A stretch of DNA of 64,000 nt. Source: Xanthobacteraceae bacterium (GTDB taxonomy: Bacteria; Pseudomonadota; Alphaproteobacteria; Rhizobiales; Xanthobacteraceae). The DNA is taken from NCBI GenBank assembly GCA_040510815.1, contig JBEVIH010000031.1, positions 38,033-102,032 of the forward strand, given 5' to 3'. The notes beneath the pieces were generated by a model. It was not told where the DNA came from. It saw only the letters and a list, made by a program, of their open reading frames with translations, and searched no databases. Shown here in pieces: positions 26,262 to 35,891 of the stretch. Position numbers and translations under genes: made by a program. Position 1 is the stretch's first letter, and the number at the start of each line of letters is the position of its first letter.

Positions 26262-27431
26262 ATGAGTCTGCGTGACAACGCCATCGTGGCTTACGCCGAA
26301 ACCAAGGTGATGGAGAAAAGCGACCGCAACGTCTGGGTCTTGTCCGGCGAGATTCTCGAGGAGCTGCTCGATAAGACCGGCGTCGACAAGAACGAGATCG
26401 ATGGCTTGGTGATGGCAGGACTGACCGGCACGGGTGCCGCCAATCCATTCTGGGCGCAAACCACGGCCGACGTGCTGGGCCTCGAGGTCGGGTTCTGCGA
26501 GCAGGTCCACACCGGTGGCTGTTCGGCGGCGGGATGCGTCGCCCGCGCGGCGGCGGCGATCGACTACGGGATGTGCGAGGTCGCGTTCCTGTTGTTTGCC
26601 GACACCCACGTGCTGGAGGACCGGACCGACCACAGCCACTCCTATCGGCGCGAATGGACCGAGCCCTACGGCCTGATGGGGCCGCCCGGCGCCTTCGGCC
26701 TGCTCAGCCGCGCCTACGAGGCGAAATACGGCCTCGACTACCGGATGCTGGGCAAGCTCGCGGTCACGCAGCGCAACCACGCGCTCTTGAACGAGAACGC
26801 CTGCGAGAAGCTGCGCGTGCCGATCACCATCGACGACTACATGAACTCGCGCATGATCGCCGATCCGATCCGGCTGCTCGACTGCGTGATGCGCGCTGAC
26901 GGCGCGGCCGGCATGCTCATGATGAGCCGCAAGCGGGCAAAGGAAAAAGGGCTTGCCAAGTGCATCATCCCGATCGGCTACGCCGAGCGGACCAACTTCA
27001 AGGGCGGCGATAACCTGGTCGATGTGACCAAGAGCGGTCACGAAATCTGCGGCAAGAAGGCGCTCGCCGCGGCTGGGATCGGAATCAAGGACGTTGCCTC
27101 GTTCCATCCCTACGACGACTTCATCATCGCGATCATGCTGCAGTTCGAGGCCTTCGGCTTCTGCAAGGCAGGCGAAGGCGTGCAATTCATCCGCGATCAT
27201 GATTTCTCGTATAACGGCGATCTGCCGCTCAACACCGGCGGCGGCCAGATTTCCGCGGGCCAGGCGGCCTGCTCGTCGAACAACCTGGTCGAGGCGGTGC
27301 GCCAACTGCGCGGCGAGGCCGGCAAGCGTCAGGTCAAGGACACCAAGAATGCGCTGGTGACCGGCATCGGTTGGATCAACTACGGACGCAACTGGGGCTC
27401 GAGCGCGGCCCTGGTGCTGGTTCCGGAATGA
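26262..27431 (+). CDS. thiolase-fold protein (SCP-x / lipid-transfer-type thiolase)
   Basis: 389 aa. It lacks the classical CoA-thiolase N-terminal Cys context, has the C-terminal NTGGGQISAGQAA motif, and is paired with a DUF35 gene by an ATGA overlap. Confidence 0.8.
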   Translation: MSLRDNAIVAYAETKVMEKSDRNVWVLSGEILEELLDKTGVDKNEIDGLVMAGLTGTGAANPFWAQTTADVLGLEVGFCEQVHTGGCSAAGCVARAAAAIDYGMCEVAFLLFADTHVLEDRTDHSHSYRREWTEPYGLMGPPGAFGLLSRAYEAKYGLDYRMLGKLAVTQRNHALLNENACEKLRVPITIDDYMNSRMIADPIRLLDCVMRADGAAGMLMMSRKRAKEKGLAKCIIPIGYAERTNFKGGDNLVDVTKSGHEICGKKALAAAGIGIKDVASFHPYDDFIIAIMLQFEAFGFCKAGEGVQFIRDHDFSYNGDLPLNTGGGQISAGQAACSSNNLVEAVRQLRGEAGKRQVKDTKNALVTGIGWINYGRNWGSSAALVLVPE

Positions 27432-27871
27432 GCGAGGGGATCATGGCCAAGGCATTGAACGATACGCTGGGCATCAAGCGCACCATCCGGCACTTCGATT
27501 TCTCCGAGCCGTATTGGGAGGCGACGAAGCAGAAGAAGCTCGTCATCCAATATTGCAAGGCGACCGGCAAATATCAGCACTTCCCGCGTCCGGTGAGCAT
27601 CTTCACCGGCCGCCGGCGCGACATCGAATGGCGCGAGGTGTCCGGCAAGGGCGTGGTGTTCTCCTACACCATCACCGAACGCGGCACGCCCGCCTTCCGC
27701 GGCGCCGAGCCCTACGCCGTGGTGAGCGTGACGCTGGACGTCGGCGTCAACTTCATCGCCAACATCGTCAACTGCAAGGCCGAGGAGCTGAAGGTCGGCA
27801 TGAAGGTGAAGCCGTATTGGCATCCGCTCGACGATGGCACGCATCTGCTCCTGTTCCAGCCCGACCGATGA
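27428..27871 (+). CDS. DUF35 OB-fold / zinc-ribbon protein
   Basis: YWEATKQKKLVIQYCKATGKYQHFPRP..GKGVVFSYTI..VTLDVGVNFIANIV. ATGA overlaps on both sides (27428, 27868). Confidence 0.75.
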   Translation: MSEGIMAKALNDTLGIKRTIRHFDFSEPYWEATKQKKLVIQYCKATGKYQHFPRPVSIFTGRRRDIEWREVSGKGVVFSYTITERGTPAFRGAEPYAVVSVTLDVGVNFIANIVNCKAEELKVGMKVKPYWHPLDDGTHLLLFQPDR

Positions 27872-29964
27872 ACGGACCAGAGGCAGCGCGCGGCCCGCAG
27901 GCCGTCGCCAGATTCCTGCGCCCGCGCTCGGTGGCGATCGTGGGTATGTCTGCGCGCGCGGGCAGCGCTGGACAGGTGATATTGCAAGCGCTGAAGCTCA
28001 ACAATTTCCAGGGCGACATCCATCTGGTCGGCCGCGGCACCGAACCGATCGACGGCCGGCCCTTGCTCAAGAGCCCGGACGAGCTGCCCGAGAGCGTGGA
28101 TCTCGCCGTGTTCACGCTGCCGGCTGCCGGCGTCCCGCAGGCGATCGAGGCCTGTGCGCGCCGCAAGGTCGGCTCGGCGATGATATTCGCCGCCGGCTTT
28201 GCCGAGGTCGGCGATCAAGCGGCACAGGACGCGGTCACCGCCACCGCGCGGGCGGCCGGACTTGCAGTCGTGGGACCCAATTGCCTGGGCATGACGAACA
28301 ACGTCGACGGCATGTGGCTGCACATGCTGTACGCGCGCGAGGCGCGGCGCAACGTCGAAGGAGGCGTTGCCTTCGTCGGCCAGAGCGGCGGCTTGCTCGG
28401 CCACTTCCAGCGCGCCGCCGACGGCCTCGGCCTGCCGCTCAGCTACGTGATCTCGACCGGCAACGAGGCCGGCCTCGAAGGCACCGATTTCGTCGAGTTC
28501 CTCGCCGAGGACCATTCCACCCGCGTGATCGCGATCTATTGCGAAGAGATCCGCCGGCCCGCGCAGTTCCTCGCCGCCTGCCGCCGCGCCCGCGCGGCCG
28601 GCAAGCCGATCGTGCTGATGCTGGCCGGGCGCACCGCCAAGGCGCGCAAGTCTGCGCAGTCGCACACCGGCGCGTTGATCGGCGATTGGGCGACGATGCA
28701 AACCCAGGCCGAGAACGCCGGCGCCATCGTGGTGACCACGATGGACGAGATGATGGACCTCACGCAGATCCTGGTGCGCTATCCGGTCCCGCCCACGAAA
28801 GGGCCCGGCATTCTCACAGCCTCAGGTGCCTATGTCGGGCTGACCAACGATCTCGCCGAGGACATCGGCCTCGAAATCCCCGAGCTCGATCCGGCAACAC
28901 TGGCGAAAGTCAAGGAGGTGCTGCCGCCGTTCGGCAACTACGGCAATCCGCTCGACGTCACCGCCGGCTTTTCGCCGGATGCGCTGGCGGCTGCAACCAA
29001 GGCCTTGATCGACGATCCCAATGTCGGGATGTTGTTCATCTCGTTCCCGATCAACTTGCCGATCCCGGTCAGGAACTTCAACAAAGGCATGGCCGATTCG
29101 CCCAAGCCCAAGGTCCTGGTCGCGCTCGGCGACACCTGGGAGCTTACGCCTGAAACCGTGCAGGCGATCAAGGAGGGTCCGGCGGTATTTTCGCGCTCGT
29201 CGGATCGCATGCTGCGTGCGATCACGCTCTATACCCGCTACGGACGCCTGCTCGCGCGCAGCCGCGTCGCCGCCGACCCGCTGCCGTTTCCCGGCATGCC
29301 GAAGCTCGGCAAGGGCGCGCAGCCCGAATGGCTGGGCAAGAAGGTTCTCGCCGCCGCCGGCGTTCGGGTGCCCGACGGCGAACTCGCCCGCACAGCCGAC
29401 GAAGCGATCACCGTGGCCAGGCGCATCGGCTATCCGGTGGTGCTGAAGGCACAGGCCGCGGCGCTGTCGCACAAGACCGAGGCGGGCGGCGTCATCTTGA
29501 ATCTCGCCGATGAAGGCGCGGTGCGCGCCGCCTGGGACACATTGATCAAAAACATCAAACGCGCCGCGCCCGGCGTCACGCTCGATGGCGTCCTCGTCGA
29601 AAAGATGTCGCCGAAGGGGATCGAGCTGATGGTGGGCGCCAAGCGCGATCCCGATTGGGGTGCCGTCTTGCTCGTCGGTCTGGGCGGCATCTGGGTCGAG
29701 GCGCTGGGCGACGTGGCGCTGCTGCCGGTCGACGCGGACGAAGCGCGGATCGTCGAGGCGTTGCGGTCGCTGCGCACCGCCAAGCTGCTCGCCGGTTTCC
29801 GCGGCGCGCCGCCGGCGGACATCGAGGCGGTCGCGCAAGTGGTCATGGCCATTGGTCGGCTGATGCGGACCATGCCCGAGCTGACCGAGATCGACGTCAA
29901 TCCGCTGATGGTCCGCGCCAAGGGACAAGGAGCGACCGCATTGGATGCGCTGATCGTTGCTTGA
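27868..29964 (+). CDS. ADP-forming acyl-CoA synthetase (CoA-binding + succinyl-CoA-synthetase-like + ATP-grasp domains)
   Basis: The true start is the internal ATG (MNGPEAARGPQAVARFLRPRSVAIVGMSARAGSAG). C-terminal ATP-grasp region GYPVVLKAQAAALSHKTEAGGV. Confidence 0.85.
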   Translation: MNGPEAARGPQAVARFLRPRSVAIVGMSARAGSAGQVILQALKLNNFQGDIHLVGRGTEPIDGRPLLKSPDELPESVDLAVFTLPAAGVPQAIEACARRKVGSAMIFAAGFAEVGDQAAQDAVTATARAAGLAVVGPNCLGMTNNVDGMWLHMLYAREARRNVEGGVAFVGQSGGLLGHFQRAADGLGLPLSYVISTGNEAGLEGTDFVEFLAEDHSTRVIAIYCEEIRRPAQFLAACRRARAAGKPIVLMLAGRTAKARKSAQSHTGALIGDWATMQTQAENAGAIVVTTMDEMMDLTQILVRYPVPPTKGPGILTASGAYVGLTNDLAEDIGLEIPELDPATLAKVKEVLPPFGNYGNPLDVTAGFSPDALAAATKALIDDPNVGMLFISFPINLPIPVRNFNKGMADSPKPKVLVALGDTWELTPETVQAIKEGPAVFSRSSDRMLRAITLYTRYGRLLARSRVAADPLPFPGMPKLGKGAQPEWLGKKVLAAAGVRVPDGELARTADEAITVARRIGYPVVLKAQAAALSHKTEAGGVILNLADEGAVRAAWDTLIKNIKRAAPGVTLDGVLVEKMSPKGIELMVGAKRDPDWGAVLLVGLGGIWVEALGDVALLPVDADEARIVEALRSLRTAKLLAGFRGAPPADIEAVAQVVMAIGRLMRTMPELTEIDVNPLMVRAKGQGATALDALIVA

Positions 29965-30016
29965 GCGAATTGCGCAACGTGCACGCCGCCCGACTCTGGA
30001 AAGGATCGAGGGTACG

Positions 30017-30778
30017 ATGACCAAGCAGCTATCGGATCGGGTGGCCATAGTCACCGGCGCAAGCAATGGAATCGGACGCGGAATTGCCGAAGCATTGGCG
30101 GCCGCCGGTGCGAAAACCGCTTTGGCGGCGCGCCGGACGGAGATGCTGGAGGACGTGGCGTCCGGAATTCGCGATGCGGGCGGCACGGCCCTGCCGCTGA
30201 CGACCGACGTGACGCGCGAAGACCAGGTCGTCCGGCTGTTCAAAACGACATATGACACCTGGGGTCGCGTGGACGTCCTCGTGAACAATGCCGGCGTCCC
30301 GACTCACGTGCCCGTCGAAGACATCACGCTGAAATATTGGCAGGAGGTTCTCGACGTGAACCTCACGGCCGCATTCCTGTGCAGCCGTGAGGCCGTCAGG
30401 ATCATGAAGAGCCAGACCCCGCAGGGCGGGCGCATCATCAATATCGGCAGTGTCTCGGCCAAAACGCCGCGACCGGATTCGCTGCCGTACACGGCAACCA
30501 AATTTGCCCTGCAAGGCATGACGCATCAATTGACCATGGACGGCCGCAAGTACGGCGTCGTTGCGTCGATCTTGCATCCGGGCGCGACGCTCAGCAGCTT
30601 TTCGACCCGCCGCGGCCGGACGAAGGCCGGGCCGGGCGCGACGCCCGACGACTACGTGATGGCCGCCGAGGATGTAGCGAAGGTCGTCGTGCTCATGTGC
30701 AGCTTGCCGCCCGAGGTGAATCTGTACGAGGCGACGATCCTACCCAATCACATGCGCTCGTTCATCGGGCGTGGTTGA
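30017..30778 (+). CDS. SDR-family oxidoreductase
   Basis: VAIVTGASNGIGRG (TGxxxGxG), NNAG and YTATKFAL (YxxxK) motifs. Confidence 0.85.
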   Translation: MTKQLSDRVAIVTGASNGIGRGIAEALAAAGAKTALAARRTEMLEDVASGIRDAGGTALPLTTDVTREDQVVRLFKTTYDTWGRVDVLVNNAGVPTHVPVEDITLKYWQEVLDVNLTAAFLCSREAVRIMKSQTPQGGRIINIGSVSAKTPRPDSLPYTATKFALQGMTHQLTMDGRKYGVVASILHPGATLSSFSTRRGRTKAGPGATPDDYVMAAEDVAKVVVLMCSLPPEVNLYEATILPNHMRSFIGRG

Positions 30779-31052
30779 GGGATCGCTGCTCCATGGAGCA
30801 TGCTGGCGCGCGCGCACGCTCTCAAATAATATTCCAGCGGGACCACTCAACGCGACCCGAAGACCGGCGGCCGGCTAATTCGATCGTCGGCGATGCGAGG
30901 GCCTGAGCATGATCATTCAGACGGCGCCGACCGGTCAGCCACGATTGGCAATCATGATGTACGAGCACACGGCGCTTTCGCATCAATTCGCTCGCGCCTT
31001 CGCCCGCGCAAGCGGCGTGGCGCAGCGGTCGGATTGATCCGGGCAGCGGGCG

Positions 31053-31442
31053 ATGCGCGAAGTCATTGCGGCGCCGCATCCCGGGCTTGATCTGCGGCAG
31101 CACTACGGACACCACCAGTCGCCGGCCATCCGCGCCGGCGGCCTCATCTTCTGCTCCGGGATGCTGCCGGTCGATCCGGAAACGGGCGAGCGCCGCCACG
31201 GCACGCTCACCAGCGAGGCGCACGTCATTCTCGGAAACCTGAAGCTGCTGCTGGAGTCGGCCGGCTCATCGCTCGACCGCCTCGTGCAGGTGCATGCGCT
31301 GATCTACGACAGCATCGAATACGACGTGCTCAACCGCGTCTATCGGCAATACGTGGCGAACGGACCGCCGGCGCGCACCGTATGGACGGCGCGGATCGAG
31401 GCGGGCTTCAAGATCCAGCTCGACGTGGTTGCCGCCGCCTGA
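31053..31442 (+). CDS. RidA/YjgF/TdcF-family protein (paralog 1)
   Basis: IRAGGLIFCSGMLPVDPETGE..LESAGSSLDRLVQV..PARTVW. Confidence 0.85.
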   Translation: MREVIAAPHPGLDLRQHYGHHQSPAIRAGGLIFCSGMLPVDPETGERRHGTLTSEAHVILGNLKLLLESAGSSLDRLVQVHALIYDSIEYDVLNRVYRQYVANGPPARTVWTARIEAGFKIQLDVVAAA

Positions 31443-31461
31443 CTGGGGTGAAAAACTTCCG

Positions 31462-31860
31462 ATGAGCGCCAGACGTGAAATCATCCCTCCACCGGGCCAC
31501 GCGCCTGATGCGGCGAGCAGGTCCGGTCAACCGGCGTCGATCGCGGTGCGGGGCGGGGATTTTCTGTTCGTGTCCGGTCTTACGGCAATCGATCTGCAAT
31601 CCGGCGAGCGCATGCCAGGGACGACAGCGAGCGAGACCCGGCAGATTCTGATCAACCTCAGGCTTTTGCTGGAAGCGGCAGGATCGTCCCTCGACAAGGT
31701 CGTGAAGGTCAACGTGCTGCTGCACAGCATGCTGGAAGCGCCCAACATGAACGACGTCTATGTCCGCTTCTTTCCCGATCCGCCGCCGGCACGGACGGTC
31801 TGCGGCGCGCGCCTTCCCGATGGAGTGAAGGTGATCATCGAATGCACCGCGCTGGCGTGA
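31462..31860 (+). CDS. RidA/YjgF/TdcF-family protein (paralog 2)
   Basis: VRGGDFLFVSGLTAIDLQSGE..LEAAGSSLDKVVKV..PARTVC. ATG at 31462 is preferred over the TTG at 31429. Confidence 0.8.
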   Translation: MSARREIIPPPGHAPDAASRSGQPASIAVRGGDFLFVSGLTAIDLQSGERMPGTTASETRQILINLRLLLEAAGSSLDKVVKVNVLLHSMLEAPNMNDVYVRFFPDPPPARTVCGARLPDGVKVIIECTALA

Positions 31861-31864
31861 ACCG

Positions 31865-32272
31865 ATGAACGAAAAGCTCGCACGTTCGGCGATCCAGCCG
31901 AAGAACCCGCTGCTCAACGCCTCGCGCGTCGGTAATCTGCCGCACGTTCCCGGCATCCGCGTCGGCGACTACATCTTCTTGTCGGGCATGGTTCCGGTCG
32001 ATCCGCAGACCGGCGAGCGCCGCCACGGGCCGATTGCCGAGCAGGTCCGCATCACATTGTCAAACATGCAGCACATGCTGGAATCCGCGGGTTCGTCGCT
32101 CGAGCGCGTCGTACGCGTGCATGTGGTGCTGGCCGACATCTCGCACATCGCGGAAATGGATCGGGTCTATCGCGAATTTTTTCCGGTCGACCCGCCGGCG
32201 CGCACCGTCTGGTCGATGCAGCTTCGGTTCGGCAACGGCTGCGAGATCGAATGCGTGGCGTTGGCGGGCTGA
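31865..32272 (+). CDS. RidA/YjgF/TdcF-family protein (paralog 3)
   Basis: RVGDYIFLSGMVPVDPQTGE..LESAGSSLERVVRV..PARTVW. Confidence 0.85.
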   Translation: MNEKLARSAIQPKNPLLNASRVGNLPHVPGIRVGDYIFLSGMVPVDPQTGERRHGPIAEQVRITLSNMQHMLESAGSSLERVVRVHVVLADISHIAEMDRVYREFFPVDPPARTVWSMQLRFGNGCEIECVALAG

Positions 32273-33435
32273 GCGTGCAGCCCGGCCATGCGGAGATCGT
32301 GGGCGCCGGCTTCGGCGGTTTGGTTGCGGCGATCGGCCTTCGCGAGGGCGGCTGGACGGTGCGCGTGCATGAGCGCCGCGCAACGTTGCAGGGCGAAGGC
32401 TACGGGATCGCCATCCACAACAACATGGCGCGGATTTTCTCGAGATTCGGGCTGCTCGAGCGGGTGCTCGCGGCCGGCATGAAGATCGATCGTCGCGATT
32501 CGCTCGACACGCACGGCAATGTCGTGATGAGCCGAAGGACCGCGCGAAGTCCCTACCGTATCGACCGGCAGCGCATCATCGCGCTGCTAGCCGAGCGGGC
32601 GCATGATGCGAGCGCCGAAATACGCTTCAACTCCGCGGTCACGCGCGCCGCTCCCGAGGGTACGATCACCCTGCAGGATGGCGCGCGGCTCGCCGCAGAC
32701 CTCGTGGTGGTGGCAGACGGCATCAACTCGACCATTCGCGACCAGCTCGGCCTCCTGAAGCACCGCATCTGGGGTCGCGACTGCGGGGTGCGCATCACCA
32801 TTCCGCGGCGGCCGCAGGAAATCGCCGAGGACGATCGCACCGGCACAGCGATGATCGAGGCATGGGCCGACAAGCGCCGCGTGCTCTATTGTCCCGTGAC
32901 CAAGAACGAGTTCTACGTGCTGCTGACCTGCCTGGTGCGCGACACCGCGGCCGCCACCTCACCGATCGATCCCGACATCTGGACGCGATCATTCCCGACG
33001 CTGCGCCACCTGTTCGTGCGCATGCGTGATGAAGCCGACTGGCCGCAGTCCCATTGGGCGCATTTCCAGACGATCCGGCTCAAACGCTGGTCGGCGGGAC
33101 GAGCGGTCGTGCTGGGCGACGCCGCCCATGCCATGGCGCCCTACCTCGCCCAAGGCGCCGGCCACGCCATGATGAACGCGCTCGGGCTCGCCGCGGCGCT
33201 GCAAGAGTGTCCCGATCTGCCGACCGCGCTCGACCAATGGGAACGCCGGGAACGGCCGTTGACCGAGCACACCCAGCGCTGGACGCGGATCTACGGCACG
33301 ACCATGTTCCTGCCCAAGATGCTCAAGCGAGCATTCATCCGGGTCGAGCAGATTCCTTGGGTGGCCGAGCAATATGTGCGGGTCGCCAATCATGTCCCGA
33401 CCGGATGCGCCGATCCCGGGCCCGGCATTTCCTGA
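32251..33435 (+). CDS. FAD-dependent aromatic-ring monooxygenase (salicylate/6-hydroxynicotinate hydroxylase-like)
   Basis: N-terminal dinucleotide fold IVGAGFGGLVAAIGL and LGDAAHAMAPYLAQGAGHAM (GD motif). An alternative GTG start at 32275 would remove the 22-nt overlap with the preceding RidA gene. Confidence 0.8.
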   Translation: MRGVGGLSVQPGHAEIVGAGFGGLVAAIGLREGGWTVRVHERRATLQGEGYGIAIHNNMARIFSRFGLLERVLAAGMKIDRRDSLDTHGNVVMSRRTARSPYRIDRQRIIALLAERAHDASAEIRFNSAVTRAAPEGTITLQDGARLAADLVVVADGINSTIRDQLGLLKHRIWGRDCGVRITIPRRPQEIAEDDRTGTAMIEAWADKRRVLYCPVTKNEFYVLLTCLVRDTAAATSPIDPDIWTRSFPTLRHLFVRMRDEADWPQSHWAHFQTIRLKRWSAGRAVVLGDAAHAMAPYLAQGAGHAMMNALGLAAALQECPDLPTALDQWERRERPLTEHTQRWTRIYGTTMFLPKMLKRAFIRVEQIPWVAEQYVRVANHVPTGCADPGPGIS

Positions 33436-33483
33436 AGCGCGTCAATCGAAGGGCGAGCGGTGCGGCTGCCCGGCTTTCGCCGC

Positions 33484-34812
33484 TCAATCGTTGAAATTCT
33501 CGCGCAGCGTTCGCCCGCCGTATTTCTTCTTGCTCAGGCCCCGCCGCTGCAGCTCGGGCACGACCAGATCGACAAATTCGCGGATATTGTCCATGGCGTG
33601 AAATCCGCGGCCCAGAATGAAGCCGCCATTGGCGCCGGTCTCGTAGTGCAGCTTCTCGAGCGTATCGACGATTGCTTTCGGGGTGCCGGCAGCCACCAGG
33701 ATTCGCCTGGTCATGAAATCGCGGCCGAACTCCGTGACCGTCATTTTGGGTTCGGTCGTTTTCAGGATCTCCTCGAAGGTCCCGAGGTTGCCCTTCTGCG
33801 ATTTGACCTGATCCGCGAAGTCGACGAGCCGCATGCCAGGTTTCGCAGTGGAGAAATCGACGCCGAATTGTTGCGACATCTCGATGAGACCAGCCTCCGG
33901 TGGGATCGAATCGAGAAATCGCCGCTCCTTTTCGCGCGCCGCCTCTTCCGAATCCGCCACCTGGATGCGGATCGACCAGAGAATGCCCAGGTCGCGCGGC
34001 TCGCGCCCGAATGCGGCCAACTTGGCGTCGATCGCGGCCCGATGCTGCTGCATGCTGGGCAGCGTCCGCCGGGTGCTGAATTGCAACTCCGCATACTTGG
34101 CGGCGAGATCCATCCCGGGCCCTGACGATCCCGCCTGGATGATGACCGGCCGCTGCTGCGGCGACGGCAGCGCCGGCAGCGGTCCCCGCACGTTGAAATA
34201 CTGTCCGCGAAAATCCAGCCGATGCACCTTGTCCGGATCGACGAACACGCCGCTCTCGCGGTCGAACACCAGCGCATCCGGCTCGACGCTGTCCCAGAGC
34301 GCGCACGCGACCTGCAAGTGTTCCTGCGCCCGTACGTAGCGCTCGTCATGATCGATCATGACGTCGAAGCCCCAATTCGCGGCCTCGCCCTTGTAGGCCG
34401 ACGTGACCGCGTTCCAGGCGATCCGCCCGCGTGTCACGTGGTCCAGCGCATTGAAGGTGCGCGCGACGTGGAACGGGTGATGATAGGTCGTCGACATCGT
34501 CAGCGCGTATCCGACCCCCGACGTAACCCGCGCCAACAGCGGGATCATCGGCGTCATGTCGTGACGCGGCCACTTGGCGCCGTAGCGGACGACGGCGCGA
34601 TGATCGCCGCCGTAATCCTCCGAGGTGCCGCCGTTGTCGCCGAAAAACAGCATGTCCATCACGCCGCGCTCGGCGATGCGGGCAACGTCTTCATAGAAGT
34701 CCGACGTGCTGTAATACGGATAGCCCACCCACGAGCCCGGCATGCGCCACAGGTAATCGGTGTGGATGAACGATATGTCGGCTGCCAGATGAATCGTCTC
34801 GCGCGCGGACAT
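33484..34812 (-). CDS. LLM-class flavin-dependent monooxygenase (NtaA/SnaA/DszA subfamily)
   Basis: 442 aa. Matches include MLFFGDNGG, HHPFHVARTFNALDHVTRGRIAWNAVTS and PVIIQAGSSGPG. Clearly paralogous to 48891-50231. Confidence 0.85.
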   Translation of the reverse strand: MSARETIHLAADISFIHTDYLWRMPGSWVGYPYYSTSDFYEDVARIAERGVMDMLFFGDNGGTSEDYGGDHRAVVRYGAKWPRHDMTPMIPLLARVTSGVGYALTMSTTYHHPFHVARTFNALDHVTRGRIAWNAVTSAYKGEAANWGFDVMIDHDERYVRAQEHLQVACALWDSVEPDALVFDRESGVFVDPDKVHRLDFRGQYFNVRGPLPALPSPQQRPVIIQAGSSGPGMDLAAKYAELQFSTRRTLPSMQQHRAAIDAKLAAFGREPRDLGILWSIRIQVADSEEAAREKERRFLDSIPPEAGLIEMSQQFGVDFSTAKPGMRLVDFADQVKSQKGNLGTFEEILKTTEPKMTVTEFGRDFMTRRILVAAGTPKAIVDTLEKLHYETGANGGFILGRGFHAMDNIREFVDLVVPELQRRGLSKKKYGGRTLRENFND

Positions 34813-34815
34813 GCT

Positions 34816-35859
34816 TCAAGCCTCGAGTCGCTCGGGGGCGCGCGCGACCGTTCCGGTTTCCGTCGCAAGCTGTCCGAGCACGGCTGCAAGCTCCCGATTG
34901 ATGTCCTGCGCAATGCTCCAGCCGTGATAGATGAATGCGGAATACAGATCGATGCAGGTCGCCCCGGCGCGCATCATCGCGATGACATCGGCGGCGCTGC
35001 TGACGCCGCCATTACCTTTGATCGGGATGCGTCCGCGCGCAAACCTGGCCGCTCTTGCGACATTCTCCAATGCTCTCTGGAAGATGGGTGGGCCGTGAAG
35101 CGTTCCTTGCTTGACGCCCAGGCGCGGCTCGGCCACCGGCTGACCGCCCGCGACCTTCAGGCCTTCGACTCCCGCTTCGACGCAGCATTCGACCATCTCG
35201 GCAACGCGATCATCCGACCGGGCGGTATCGTTCGGAATGCGGACGATCGCCGGCTTGCGCCGGCTGCCAAGGCGCGCAAGAACCCTCCTGAGCAAGCCAA
35301 TGTCGTCGAACTGCTCACCGGCCCGTAGCAGGTTCGGGCACATCAGGCTGATCTCGATCCCATCGACATGCGGCTCCACGGCAAGAAAGCTCGCCGCGAT
35401 CGTCTCCGCAGAAAATCCGCCGACATTGGCGAAGACCGGCACCCTGCGCTCGCCCCTGCGGCGAAGGCGCTCGACACAATATGCGAGCCCCCGGCTAGGA
35501 ACTCCCATGGCGTCCGCGAGCGAGCTCGTTTCCGGATAACGGACCAGGCGAGGAAAAGGATTCCCGAAGCGCGGCTCGGGCATGATCGAGCCGACCGTCA
35601 GGAAGCCGAAGCCGAGATGGGACAATGCGCTGATAAGCTCGCAGTTCTTGTCGAATCCCGCAGCGAGCCCGACCGGACTCGGCAGATCCACGCCGGCAAA
35701 CCTGGTCCGCAGCCGGGGATCGTCGACTTGCAGTCCCTCGAGCGCGGCAACAGCTCGCCACGGCAGGCCGAGGCGCAACGCGTAGTGCCCGATCGAATGG
35801 CTTTGATCGGGCGACAGCCGGAACAAGAGCGGACGCAGGACACTCCGATATAGCGACAT
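34816..35859 (-). CDS. dihydroorotate dehydrogenase (class 2)-like flavoenzyme
   Basis: LPSPVGLAAGFDKNCE, GFGFLTVGSIMPEPRFGNPFPRL and GVEGLKVAGG motifs resemble PyrD. Located in a catabolic operon, 3 nt upstream of the LLM gene. Confidence 0.7.
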   Translation of the reverse strand: MSLYRSVLRPLLFRLSPDQSHSIGHYALRLGLPWRAVAALEGLQVDDPRLRTRFAGVDLPSPVGLAAGFDKNCELISALSHLGFGFLTVGSIMPEPRFGNPFPRLVRYPETSSLADAMGVPSRGLAYCVERLRRRGERRVPVFANVGGFSAETIAASFLAVEPHVDGIEISLMCPNLLRAGEQFDDIGLLRRVLARLGSRRKPAIVRIPNDTARSDDRVAEMVECCVEAGVEGLKVAGGQPVAEPRLGVKQGTLHGPPIFQRALENVARAARFARGRIPIKGNGGVSSAADVIAMMRAGATCIDLYSAFIYHGWSIAQDINRELAAVLGQLATETGTVARAPERLEA

Positions 35860-35891
35860 GCGCGTTTCCTAGCCCGCCCGCAGCGGCGCTG

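Noticed and set aside
28822-30288. 488-aa minus-strand ORF, plus similar long antisense ORFs (1166-2179, 22009-22962, 22946-24040, 26238-27305, 33335-34306, 43750-44925, 48046-49203, 48924-50168, 57354-58571)
   Set aside because: All are antisense or out of frame to genes with clear family motifs and have biased Arg/Ala/Gly/Pro composition without motifs.
30909-31037. 42-aa ORF (MIIQTAPTGQPRLAIMMYEHTALSHQFARAFARASGVAQRSD) in the 274-bp gap before the RidA genes
   Set aside because: It has only a weak GAGGG upstream, no recognisable motif, no hydrophobic or structural signature, and cannot be supported without conservation data.
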